Shown here piece after piece: positions 1 through 8,153 of a DNA stretch of 47,769 nt. The DNA lies in IMG/VR virus record IMGVR_UViG_3300023100_000001, positions 1-47,769 of that record, one strand, 5' to 3'. This DNA comes from a virus (taxonomy: Duplodnaviria > Caudoviricetes). Both the position numbers and the translations under genes were made by a program. Below the pieces are notes generated by a model, which searched no databases, was not told where the DNA came from, and saw only the letters and a program-made list of their open reading frames with translations. How positions within the stretch are numbered: the stretch's first letter is position 1; every line of letters starts with the position of its first letter.

Positions 1-99
1 CTGTGAACCTACACCGTTTAATAAACCAAAATCAAATTCTGTTTTTCTTTCAGCTAAAAATACCCACATATCATCAGGATATTTTTCAAGTTCTTTTTT
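1..99. repeat. 99-bp direct terminal repeat, left copy (circular assembly overlap)
   Basis: Bases 1-99 are identical to 47671-47769, and an ORF reads intact across the join. Confidence 0.97.
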
Positions 100-150
100 A
101 AGTTCTGCTACTGTCATATCTTTCTTTCTTTATATCCCTACAATGAGGGG

Positions 151-357
151 TTAAATAGTTGTTCTTTTTATGATTGTCGATCCTTTTATCAATTCTCCAT
201 TTGAAAGCCTGTATTTTTTGGCAGAAGACTTAAATCCTGTATGAATACCGCCTTGAAAGCATGGCTGTGTATTTTTTGTTCCTTTGACTATTTCTAAAAT
301 GGAAACTGTTTTGCCATCCATTTCAAATGTTTCTCCTAATTGCAGTTTTGGTCTCAT
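151..357 (-). CDS. Hypothetical protein
   Basis: 68-aa ORF in the early-operon orientation. Confidence 0.65.
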   Translation of the reverse strand: MRPKLQLGETFEMDGKTVSILEIVKGTKNTQPCFQGGIHTGFKSSAKKYRLSNGELIKGSTIIKRTTI

Positions 358-414
358 TTTTCTTTCTCTTGTTTTTCTACACCATTTATTGATGGGGGGG
401 GGTTTAGTTAATAA

Positions 415-629
415 ATAAGGGCTGTTGTGTCACCTTCTGAGTGTTAATGAATTGAGTTTGCAACCTCGCATCAAAACCGTTAGCCAAATTCCCTTATCTT
501 TTTTAATTTAGTCAAGTGGTGTAAAAATTGCCGTCTTTCCGTGCTGTCATAGTTGCGCTCTTTACTTAATCAATGTGTCCAACTAACAGAATTTGCAACA
601 TTGATCCATAAGATACAGTACTTTCCTGT
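415..629 (-). ncRNA. Putative structured non-coding RNA region
   Basis: ORF-free gap with stems ATAAGGG(415-421)/CCCTTAT(491-497), ATCAATGT(569-576)/ACATTGAT(598-605) and ACAG-GAAAGTA-CTGT(615-629); motif at 528-558 resembles 13743-13775. Confidence 0.4.
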
Positions 630-665
630 GTGTCAACCTTCACGTGTTAGGATTTTATCTTTACG

Positions 666-950
666 CTAATCTAAGGGTGTGTTTATTATTGAATCTTTGT
701 TGACGGAGAAATATATCCAATCTCGATCCATTATTGCCGATAGTCTTTTCCCAGTATCATATACTTTTTCGTCATCGCTCTCATCTACCATCGCTCTTTC
801 CGCAGCTTCTTCAAGTTTGGCTTTAATTGCGTATTTTAATAATTTGTCAATGTAAAAGTCCGGATCTTCAGTAAGTAACATATTGACATCTACGCTGCAA
901 TATCCTTTTTCAGAGTGGAAATTTTCTCGTATCTCATTAAGTGTTGCCAT
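666..950 (-). CDS. Hypothetical protein
   Basis: 94-aa ORF coupled to the upstream gene. Confidence 0.7.
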   Translation of the reverse strand: MATLNEIRENFHSEKGYCSVDVNMLLTEDPDFYIDKLLKYAIKAKLEEAAERAMVDESDDEKVYDTGKRLSAIMDRDWIYFSVNKDSIINTPLD

Positions 951-1192
951 TAGTTATTTGGTTTATTGATTTGTTCAAAAACTTTTGTTTCAATAAGCAG
1001 TAATATTGGGGTGTACTTTGGGGTAGGATTCATAGCCATATCAATTACAATATCGTCAGGTACACCCATTTCTATTACCCCTCCCTTCTTGTTCTTTTTT
1101 GCACCCACAACACTATCACACCTTAAAACACTTCTTGACCCATTCTCAATATCTAAGTCAATCATTTTTCCAATTACTTCTGTAAATTTCAT
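950..1192 (-). CDS. Hypothetical protein
   Basis: 80-aa ORF with stop/start overlap. Confidence 0.7.
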   Translation of the reverse strand: MKFTEVIGKMIDLDIENGSRSVLRCDSVVGAKKNKKGGVIEMGVPDDIVIDMAMNPTPKYTPILLLIETKVFEQINKPNN

Positions 1193-1260
1193 CTTCTATT
1201 TTTTAAATCTAACAATTATATTTTCCCCTATTTTTTCGACTTGGTATGTGCCGTCATGTG

Positions 1261-1512
1261 TTATACCCTTTTTATTTCGACTTCAAAAAGAAGGTTTGCC
1301 TTGCCGACCGCTGCTGCTCCATTTGCCTTGTAGTACCCGTGTGGTACACCATAGAACGGCCAGTCTAAATTACCTTTGTTCTCATATACCTTTATGAACT
1401 CGCCATCAGAATTTTCGTAATACTTTTCATGACACAGGTTAAGTTCTTTTATGAGAAGTGCAGCATCTTGTCTTTGCCTTATTTGGGATCGCTGTTCATC
1501 AGTTAGTCCCAT
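1261..1512 (-). CDS. Hypothetical protein, N-terminal paralog of 1559-1792
   Basis: MGLTDEQRSQIRQRQDAAL versus MGFTDEQRREIRERQEAAL. Confidence 0.7.
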   Translation of the reverse strand: MGLTDEQRSQIRQRQDAALLIKELNLCHEKYYENSDGEFIKVYENKGNLDWPFYGVPHGYYKANGAAAVGKANLLFEVEIKRV

Positions 1513-1558
1513 TCTTTAACCTGGGTTTTTTCTTTTGATGTCATTGTTTTATTTTTAA

Positions 1559-1792
1559 TTAACCACGTTTCATGTGTATTTCGACAGCTTTGCTCTCCAT
1601 GCTTAATAGATGAAGATCTTCTTGCAACACTGCTTGCTTTACCCTTTCAGGGATATTGCCTTCTTCATCTAAACCTATAAGCAATGTTATTTGATACCCA
1701 TGTCTTATAGGTGGGTTAAGGGCTGCTTCCTGACGCTCTCGTATTTCACGTCTTTGTTCATCAGTAAAGCCCATTGCTTTTAGAAAACTCAT
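1559..1792 (-). CDS. Hypothetical protein, first gene after the divergent promoter
   Basis: 77-aa ORF downstream of a minus-strand TACATTTG box. Confidence 0.7.
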   Translation of the reverse strand: MSFLKAMGFTDEQRREIRERQEAALNPPIRHGYQITLLIGLDEEGNIPERVKQAVLQEDLHLLSMESKAVEIHMKRG

Positions 1793-1817
1793 TGTTATAT
1801 ATTTTTATAAGTACTCA

Positions 1818-1887
1818 CAAATGTATATTATTTTGATATACTTGCCTAATTTTTTGTATATTATTTTGATATATTTTTTTACCTTTG
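1818..1887. promoter_or_regulatory. Divergent promoter pair with a 19-bp direct-repeat operator
   Basis: TACATTTG (minus, 1818-1825), TACCTTTG (plus, 1880-1887), TGTATATTATTTTGATATA at 1822-1840 and 1855-1873. Confidence 0.75.
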
Positions 1888-1891
1888 ATTT

Positions 1892-2050
1892 ATGGTAAAG
1901 GAACAGACAAACATTAGGTTATCAAGTGAAGCAAAATTGCTTATTGCGGAACTGAAGAAAAAGCGTGAAACAACTGCAACAAACATCATAGATGAGGCTA
2001 TCCGCTTACTCGCTAAAAAAGAGGGAGTAAAATTACCTCCACCAAAATAA
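1892..2050 (+). CDS. Ribbon-helix-helix DNA-binding protein (52 aa, not in ORF track)
   Basis: MVKEQTNIRLSSEAKLLIAELKKKRETTATNIIDEAIRLLAKKEG...: alternating beta-ribbon followed by two helices. Confidence 0.8.
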   Translation: MVKEQTNIRLSSEAKLLIAELKKKRETTATNIIDEAIRLLAKKEGVKLPPPK

Positions 2051-2053
2051 CCA

Positions 2054-2140
2054 TCACACCAACTCCCACCTGACATACCTTGAAAAGTACGCGAAGAGAA
2101 TGGCGGTTAATAATATTGTGAATAGTAGTTTTGCTTTCAT
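2054..2140 (-). CDS. Small hydrophobic peptide (28 aa)
   Basis: MKAKLLFTILLTAILFAYFSRYVRWELV; ATGA overlap with the upstream gene. Confidence 0.5.
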   Translation of the reverse strand: MKAKLLFTILLTAILFAYFSRYVRWELV

Positions 2141-2586
2141 AATCCATATACCAACATTGCGGCATCTCTTTCTTCCTGATTTGTTCTGCCGGAATATCCC
2201 GTAATTCTTTTGAATGTCGATGAATCTATTTTCCCTCTGGGCGGAACATTGAAATGTGTTATCCCGTTTTTTTCGCAGTATTCAGTGATCAATTTTCCTA
2301 CCTGATGATTTTTCCCTATACTTTCTGCTATTTTTTCATTTACTCCGATACTTGCACCGGTTTTTCTATTCCAATTTGTCTTTTTAATTAGCCATCCTGA
2401 TTCGATGTATACTTTTAGGTCACATCGTACATGAAAATTAGAGATCGTCGCTAAGAGGTCAAAAAAAGACATAGTTTTCAAATCAAGTTTTTTTGTTTTT
2501 GTATCGTACGCCGCAAATCCCGATTTTTCAATGTCCGGATCAATCCCGATTTTCATTTTAAGTGCTTCTGATTGTCGTGTAGTCAT
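2137..2586 (-). CDS. RuvC-like Holliday junction resolvase
   Basis: IGIDPD, VYIES and C-terminal ERDAAML RNase H-fold motifs, downstream of replication genes. Confidence 0.75.
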   Translation of the reverse strand: MTTRQSEALKMKIGIDPDIEKSGFAAYDTKTKKLDLKTMSFFDLLATISNFHVRCDLKVYIESGWLIKKTNWNRKTGASIGVNEKIAESIGKNHQVGKLITEYCEKNGITHFNVPPRGKIDSSTFKRITGYSGRTNQEERDAAMLVYGL

Positions 2587-3224
2587 TCCATCTCTTTTTG
2601 CGCCATATAAAGATTGTATTCCTCTTCTGGCAGGTTAATTTTTGATTGTACTAAAACATAATCGTCTTTTGGTTTAAAAAGCTCAGGGTCGTATCCTGAT
2701 ATTTTCTTGCCTATCCTGAAATTTCTTATTGTTGAGGCCGACACATCTGTAATTTTTGAAATAGCATCCAGAGTATAACCCATTTTATTTAACAGCATGA
2801 TTTGCTTAATAAGGTCCGGAGGTATTTTTGACTTTGATATCGCAATTGCCTGGCTATGATCAATCCATTCTAAATTTTTTGCAGCAACATTCCTAAAATC
2901 AGAATCTATAAACTTTAATGATGTTTTATTAAATGGGTTTGGTACAAAGTGTTTCGCAACCAACAAGGCTAAGTTGTAAGATTTGTACTTTCTGTTTTCG
3001 TTTCGCAACTTGACAGTAACTTTATTTTTAGCAATATATACAGGGACAGGAATTGAATTTTTCACCTTATTGGTTTTTGAGATAGGCATAAAATATTCAA
3101 CTCTTGGTATTCGTATATTTCCATAATTACTTATTTCGTAATTGCCATAAACTTCTCCTGTGTTTGTCCAGATCTCACAGTTAGAATTTATTGCTATGCT
3201 GGATATTTGTCTTACTGCGTTCAT
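2583..3224 (-). CDS. NUMOD4/degenerate HNH protein with a C-terminal HTH
   Basis: YEISNYGNIR (NUMOD4-like), LVAKHFVPNP...NLEWID (HNH-like, lacking His), TLDAISKITDVSASTIRN HTH. Confidence 0.65.
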   Translation of the reverse strand: MNAVRQISSIAINSNCEIWTNTGEVYGNYEISNYGNIRIPRVEYFMPISKTNKVKNSIPVPVYIAKNKVTVKLRNENRKYKSYNLALLVAKHFVPNPFNKTSLKFIDSDFRNVAAKNLEWIDHSQAIAISKSKIPPDLIKQIMLLNKMGYTLDAISKITDVSASTIRNFRIGKKISGYDPELFKPKDDYVLVQSKINLPEEEYNLYMAQKEME

Positions 3225-3526
3225 TTTTGTTTTGCGATTATAATTTCCAAATCAATTCTGAATTGTTCAATATGCTTTCTAGCTGCTTTTGCCGCCTCGT
3301 AATCTTCATCCTTTATCGCCGCTTTCTCAACTTGCTGAAGTGCATATAAGTGAATCATTTTGTAGTCATCAATTATTTGTAGGTTCCAATCAAGTAACTC
3401 ACTGTAATCCTTTGCAAGTTTTCTATATTTTCTTGTAGATTCCTTTTTGAATAGCAGGAATAGTGCGCTCCATATTACCACCGGCACAAAAGCAATAAAT
3501 AATTGAAATATTTGATTCGTTGTCAT
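3221..3526 (-). CDS. Membrane-anchored hypothetical protein
   Basis: N-terminal TM helix; C-terminal EDYEAAKAARKHI UVR-like motif. Confidence 0.65.
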   Translation of the reverse strand: MTTNQIFQLFIAFVPVVIWSALFLLFKKESTRKYRKLAKDYSELLDWNLQIIDDYKMIHLYALQQVEKAAIKDEDYEAAKAARKHIEQFRIDLEIIIAKQK

Positions 3527-3529
3527 GGG

Positions 3530-3985
3530 TTAATCGTTTTCTAGTTCAGAATAGGCGACTCCGCAAAATGGACAAAAATTATGCGAAACCTTCCATTTTT
3601 CTTTTGGCTTTGTTTTGCCGTCAGGTTGATACGTAAAACAAACTACGGCGTCATCCGCATTATCATTTGAATGTTTATCCCAGAAAAAATAATGAATGTC
3701 TTTGAATTTTTCCTTGTAAAGCTTCATTAACTGCCTTTTACAATCATGATCGCCAACGTATTTTATTGGTGATTTGAAAGGACTTTCAAATTTTTGAAGA
3801 AGCAATTCAGCATCTTTGTAACTAATCATAACGCCTTCGCCTGCATCAAAATTTAATGGCTCGTTAAACACCTCAATTTCTTTAGCATCTTTGATCGCTT
3901 GCCTTAAATTATACATGATTGTAGGTATATTATTCCCATTCTTTAATTTTGCGCTCACAGACTTGTTTTTCTTTATGATTTTCAT
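3530..3985 (-). CDS. Hypothetical protein with a C-terminal FCPFCG Zn-ribbon motif
   Basis: 151-aa ORF, translationally coupled. Confidence 0.7.
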   Translation of the reverse strand: MKIIKKNKSVSAKLKNGNNIPTIMYNLRQAIKDAKEIEVFNEPLNFDAGEGVMISYKDAELLLQKFESPFKSPIKYVGDHDCKRQLMKLYKEKFKDIHYFFWDKHSNDNADDAVVCFTYQPDGKTKPKEKWKVSHNFCPFCGVAYSELEND

Positions 3986-4245
3986 TTCTCTATTCTTTTA
4001 CTTGTTCCTTTTACTTCGATTTTTCTATTCACATCCAAAGCGTAGATACAACCTACCTGCTTTATTTCATGATCTCTCAGATGTTCCGGCAGATCACTAT
4101 CCATCACCTTCTGTATTCTTTCCCTCATTTCTGCAATCTTTCGATCAAATGGCTCGTATTCTCCATTTGATATTTGCGCTTTGATCGCATCATAGACCTG
4201 CTGAAGATCCATGTTCTGGTATTTGTCTATTCTTATTATTTTCAT
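3982..4245 (-). CDS. Hypothetical protein
   Basis: 87-aa ORF overlapping the dnaB stop. Confidence 0.7.
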   Translation of the reverse strand: MKIIRIDKYQNMDLQQVYDAIKAQISNGEYEPFDRKIAEMRERIQKVMDSDLPEHLRDHEIKQVGCIYALDVNRKIEVKGTSKRIEK

Positions 4246-5612
4246 TAGAATGGTATGTCTATAAAATCGTTTCCCCGTGCTGTCTGAGGTATTGAGTAAT
4301 CAACCGGGACTTTAGTATCCGGATATTCGTTTATTGGAGCGTTCGGGTCCTTAAATTTCAGTATTTCCTTAGCAAATTGCAGCTCAACATTGAAAAGCGC
4401 ACCACCTCTGTTTTTTGCACATTCGCAATAAACTTTCTTTAGCGGGGAATTAGCATCTGTTTCCGCATCTTCCCCATATAGAAACCATACTACATTTGCA
4501 TCTGCTTCCAGATCTCCGGTGTCTTTCAGGTCAGATAATTTAGGACGTGAAGTAATTCTGTTTTCTACCGCACGGCTTAATTGGCACAAAGCAACTACCG
4601 GTATTCCAAGTTCTTTTGCAAGTAACTTGCTGTCCCTTGAAATTTTGGACATGTGCATGTACTTTGACTGCTCGTTGCCTCCTGAGATCAACCCTATGTG
4701 GTCAATAAAAAGTATTTCAATGTTTTTCTGCTTTTTCCACTTGATCGCATTTGCCCGGAGTTGTGCAAATTTTAATGGTGCTTTGTCGTTTACAAACAAT
4801 CTTCCATATTCATCAGAATTGAACCGGGTATTGTACTGATGCCATTTTTCAACATCATGATTATCCAATCCTCCCTTTGTGAACTTGTCGTGCTTGACTT
4901 TTGATCCGGTGGATGCCATGCGCTCGTAAATCTCTTTTTTATCCATTTCCAGACTAATCACACCTACATTTTTTTTCAAGTAAAGGATGTGTTCAATGAT
5001 ATTCAGAATAAATGCACTCTTTCCGGTTGCGGGTCTGGCACCAATCAAAACAAAAGCGTTTCTGACAAATCCACCGAAAGTTTTATCTATTGAATAGATT
5101 CCGGTCGTAATTCCTTTAGGCCCTTTCTTTTGCACCTCTTCAACATCTTTTACAAATTGCGGAATATGTATTCTCATGTCATCCGCTCCATCCGTTACGC
5201 TTGGTAATGCTTCGATCAATTCAGATGTGTACTTGTCGTTTACTTCGAAAGGATCTATCTGTGAATTTTGCGCATCCCTCATAAGTCTTTCTCCTATGCT
5301 GATCATCTTACGCTTCAGCGATAGATTTACAAGCGTTTCCGCTTTTTGTCTAAAATCTACTGTATGGCTTCCGGTCATTGAGGTTAGCAAGTCAATGTTG
5401 ATGGTCCGGTTTGATGTAAAAATATTCAGTAGGTCCGGGACCTTTGAATCGTTGATACACTCCAAAGCAGTTCTGAATATTAAACGGTTGTCAACATCGT
5501 AAAATACTTCCTCTGTAAGAATATCCAGCACCTCAAAGATTGAATCCGGATGGCTCATTATGTGACCAAGCACCATTTTTTCAATCATTACATCTTTTGG
5601 CAGGTCGATCAT
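4245..5612 (-). CDS. dnaB: Replicative DNA helicase
   Basis: GARPATGKS Walker A, SLEM, FIDHIGL, QLSRAVENR...PKLSDLKDTGDLEADA, AKNRGG. Confidence 0.95.
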   Translation of the reverse strand: MIDLPKDVMIEKMVLGHIMSHPDSIFEVLDILTEEVFYDVDNRLIFRTALECINDSKVPDLLNIFTSNRTINIDLLTSMTGSHTVDFRQKAETLVNLSLKRKMISIGERLMRDAQNSQIDPFEVNDKYTSELIEALPSVTDGADDMRIHIPQFVKDVEEVQKKGPKGITTGIYSIDKTFGGFVRNAFVLIGARPATGKSAFILNIIEHILYLKKNVGVISLEMDKKEIYERMASTGSKVKHDKFTKGGLDNHDVEKWHQYNTRFNSDEYGRLFVNDKAPLKFAQLRANAIKWKKQKNIEILFIDHIGLISGGNEQSKYMHMSKISRDSKLLAKELGIPVVALCQLSRAVENRITSRPKLSDLKDTGDLEADANVVWFLYGEDAETDANSPLKKVYCECAKNRGGALFNVELQFAKEILKFKDPNAPINEYPDTKVPVDYSIPQTARGNDFIDIPF

Positions 5613-6361
5613 AGTGCGTCAAGTTGAGCTTGTGTAAGTCCTTGTGTTGCTCCGTAAACAGGAGGCTTGCCATGATCGGACCGGTGTCCTTGCGCTGATT
5701 GCGTATTTTTGAATGGTATTCCTAAGTTTTTCCATCCTCCAGCCCAAGAAGCTTCCAGGATTTCAATTGCCCTTTTCTCGTCATTTTTGCTAAGTTCAAT
5801 TAATTGTCGGACATGGTACTCTTGACCACTAGAAGTTTGGGCTGCTCGATTATTACCTAAAATCAGATTTCCGATAAAGAGATTGAAAAGCGATTTTGCT
5901 TTCTCAGAAAATGGAAAATAAATTCCAGAGATTAGGTAAGGTTTCCCGTTAATAAGATTTATCTTATTAATCTCATTATCAGTTACAGTTACATTATCAG
6001 TTACATTATCATTTACATTCACAGCTTCGTTTGCTTCGTTTTGCTTCGAATCTGAAGCATTTGCTTCGTTTGCTTCGTTTTGGTTGTCTTTGCTTCTGGT
6101 TTCTCCACTTGCTAATCCTCCCTGTCTTCCTGCTTCTGATCGCCTTTTTTTAATAACTTCGTATTTTTTTAAGTCTCTTTTTAATTGCGCCTTAATAGGC
6201 TCAAATAATAACCTAAGCATCCTATCTTCTAATGTTGGATCTTCATCATTTACGTAAGCGAGTAAATGTTTCAATAAAATTCCCGCTTCCTCATTGGTCA
6301 ACTCCTTGAATGTACTGATCATATCTGCGTACATCACGAATGATTTTTTATTTTCTGCCAT
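5609..6361 (-). CDS. Phage replication initiator (DUF6291-like N-terminus)
   Basis: KKSFVMYAD...EAGILLKHL N-terminus, RSEAGRQGGLASG and NVNDNV low-complexity linker; directly upstream of dnaB. Confidence 0.8.
   Translation of the reverse strand: MAENKKSFVMYADMISTFKELTNEEAGILLKHLLAYVNDEDPTLEDRMLRLLFEPIKAQLKRDLKKYEVIKKRRSEAGRQGGLASGETRSKDNQNEANEANASDSKQNEANEAVNVNDNVTDNVTVTDNEINKINLINGKPYLISGIYFPFSEKAKSLFNLFIGNLILGNNRAAQTSSGQEYHVRQLIELSKNDEKRAIEILEASWAGGWKNLGIPFKNTQSAQGHRSDHGKPPVYGATQGLTQAQLDAL
5949..6096. repeat. Putative replication origin: iterons plus AT-rich palindrome inside the initiator gene
   Basis: TTAATAAGAT-TT-ATCTTATTAA (5949-5970), CATTATCAG/T repeats (5974-6012), five GCTTCG repeats (6024-6077). 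Confidence 0.65.
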
Positions 6362-6848
6362 CGATATAATTTTTTATAAATGAAATATCTTCTTGGTCCA
6401 AATTGAACCATTCTCCTCTACCTCTTTTATGCTTAAACTTCCTGTGCAATTCGCTTTCAGTCTTAAACGGGACCATGTCGCTTACATAAATGTGTCTTAT
6501 GGTTGGCTTTTCTGACATTAAGGTCTTTTCTCTTCTTTCTGGCTCCATACTCCTCCCTATTTTATACAGACCGGTATGTTCATCAAAGGCAATATAAATT
6601 CTTGTGAACTCAAAGGACTTTTTGCACTTTGGTTCAACCCCGTAAAATCTGGCCATTTCATCTCGATACAATGACAGCCCCTTTAAAATAAAATCCAAAT
6701 CATTTACTATATCAGTAAATCCTGAGTTATGAATAGCTACCACCTTACCTCCCTCAAAACACAAGTCCATTGTCATGCCATGTGTTTTTGTTATGTCATT
6801 CCAGATATTTAAAGGACGCATATCAGTTTCGATGTATTCCGTTGTCAT
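6348..6848 (-). CDS. GIY-YIG/T5orf172 (MUG113-like) domain protein
   Basis: IYIAFD...LYKIGRS...ESELHRKFKHKRGRGEWFNL. Confidence 0.85.
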   Translation of the reverse strand: MTTEYIETDMRPLNIWNDITKTHGMTMDLCFEGGKVVAIHNSGFTDIVNDLDFILKGLSLYRDEMARFYGVEPKCKKSFEFTRIYIAFDEHTGLYKIGRSMEPERREKTLMSEKPTIRHIYVSDMVPFKTESELHRKFKHKRGRGEWFNLDQEDISFIKNYIDGRK

Positions 6849-6867
6849 ATGTGCAATATTTGAAAAA

Positions 6868-6964
6868 CAAAGATATAAATTAATTCTATATTAACGGTAA
6901 TATAACGGCATTATAAATATTAAATAATTCACATTTGCAGTTATGCTATAAATACTTATATTTG
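6868..6964. promoter_or_regulatory. Divergent promoter pair with candidate operator repeats
   Basis: TATCTTTG (minus, 6868-6875), TATATTTG (plus, 6957-6964), two TAACGG copies within 6892-6908. Confidence 0.65.
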
Positions 6965-6980
6965 CACTTCAATATCGAAT

Positions 6981-7142
6981 ATGGAAAAGGAGAAAAAAGC
7001 AATTAAAAAAACAGATGTAAGGCTCCCAGATGAAACTTATAAAAAGATCATTGATATGGCGAAAGCTGATCACCGGTCTTTAAATTCTATGTTTATCCAT
7101 ATTATTGAGGAGTATCATAAAAAGATCTTTACAACTCAATAA
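6981..7142 (+). CDS. Arc-like ribbon-helix-helix repressor (53 aa, not in ORF track)
   Basis: KKTDVRLPDETYKKIIDMAKADHRSLNSMFIHIIEE fits the Arc/Mnt pattern (xRLP...A...RSLN). Confidence 0.85.
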   Translation: MEKEKKAIKKTDVRLPDETYKKIIDMAKADHRSLNSMFIHIIEEYHKKIFTTQ

Positions 7143-7413
7143 CAATCTTATTCACGCCCCTCAGCGCCCACACGTGCATACTATTTCCATTTAGCTTTGA
7201 TGGTGTAGTTACTTTCGTTTTGAAGATCCTCCCGGCCTCCTGCATCTTTGCAAGCCTTCTGGTGACTTCTACGCTGTTTAATCCGGTTCGTTGTGCAATG
7301 TCCTGAGCGTTTCCATGTCTTATAAAGCATAATGCCTCATAGATCATCTGTTCATGTGCTTCAGTGGTTCCTGTAGTGTCCATTTTGTGCTTGGCAGCGG
7401 TTGATGTGGTCAT
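7129..7413 (-). CDS. Winged-helix DNA-binding protein
   Basis: AQDIAQRTGLNSVEVTRRLAKMQEAGRI HTH followed by a wing. Confidence 0.75.
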   Translation of the reverse strand: MTTSTAAKHKMDTTGTTEAHEQMIYEALCFIRHGNAQDIAQRTGLNSVEVTRRLAKMQEAGRIFKTKVTTPSKLNGNSMHVWALRGVNKIVIEL

Positions 7414-8153
7414 TGGTTTTTTGTTTTAAGGTTAATTATTTGGTTGTGTGTCTTAATGCATTCAAATAGATAATTTGCGACGGTTGGATTTACTGCATTT
7501 CCTATGGACCCAACTCGGTGTGACCAATATCGAAACCCATCACCATTTCGAACAGTGCTACACGCTGGTATTTCGTGAATCCTTTTTGACATAGAATGTC
7601 CATCATTCTGATTTGATGTCCACTTTTTAAATATCGAGTTAGGGCTTCCACTTGTGCGAAGGTTGCTTTGTAATCCGATTTGGTGGGAGTAGGCAATAAC
7701 ATAGATCCTTTCTCTCTTATGGGGATATCCAAAAGCGTGGTTAGATATACATTGCCATTCAGCATTATACCCGATTTCGGAAAGGTCGAATAAGATTCGC
7801 TCAAATCCTCGAATAAGCAAAGCTGGGCTGTTTTCAATGATTGCGTACTTTGGTCTAACTTCCCGTATAATTCTAAAATTTTCGGACCACAATCCACTTC
7901 TTTCCCCAGATATTCCTTCCATTTTTCCCGCAACGCTAATGTCCTGACACGGAAATCCTCCACTAATGATGTCCACATATCCGGGGTTGAACATTGTTTT
8001 AATATCTGAGTATTGCTTTGCATTGGGGTACTTCTTTTTTAAAATTATTCTATTATGCTCCTCGAGTTCGCAATTCCACAATGTCTCTATTCCAGATCTG
8101 GCTGCGCCTTCCTCAAATCCTCCTATTCCGGTAAATAATGATCCATGTACCAT
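7410..8153 (-). CDS. DNA cytosine-5 methyltransferase, large (alpha) chain
   Basis: Motifs I SLFTGIGG, IV GGFPCQ, VI IENS, VIII PHKRERIY and X GNAV; no obvious motif IX. Confidence 0.92.
   Translation of the reverse strand: MVHGSLFTGIGGFEEGAARSGIETLWNCELEEHNRIILKKKYPNAKQYSDIKTMFNPGYVDIISGGFPCQDISVAGKMEGISGERSGLWSENFRIIREVRPKYAIIENSPALLIRGFERILFDLSEIGYNAEWQCISNHAFGYPHKRERIYVIAYSHQIGLQSNLRTSGSPNSIFKKWTSNQNDGHSMSKRIHEIPACSTVRNGDGFRYWSHRVGSIGNAVNPTVANYLFECIKTHNQIINLKTKNQ
7502..8023 (-). CDS. Nested alternative-frame ORF, probable C5-MTase small (beta) chain
   Basis: 173-aa ORF wholly inside the MTase gene on the same strand; LLPTP and terminal FEMVMGFDIGHT resembling motif IX. Confidence 0.7.
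   Translation of the reverse strand: MQSNTQILKQCSTPDMWTSLVEDFRVRTLALREKWKEYLGKEVDCGPKILELYGKLDQSTQSLKTAQLCLFEDLSESYSTFPKSGIMLNGNVYLTTLLDIPIREKGSMLLPTPTKSDYKATFAQVEALTRYLKSGHQIRMMDILCQKGFTKYQRVALFEMVMGFDIGHTELGP

Noticed and set aside
1-99. Biological terminal repeat of the virion DNA
   Set aside because: A length of 99 matches a common assembler k-mer and the repeat lies mid-gene; an assembly overlap is more likely
394-402. G9 homopolymer as a phase-variation switch
   Set aside because: Intergenic and not within a recognisable promoter spacer; no evidence of variation without reads
556-565. boxA-like CGCTCTTTAC
   Set aside because: It is on the plus strand, opposite to local transcription
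1879-2076. 65-aa minus-strand ORF
   Set aside because: It is the shadow of the plus-strand RHH gene 1892-2050, which has a promoter and a recognisable fold
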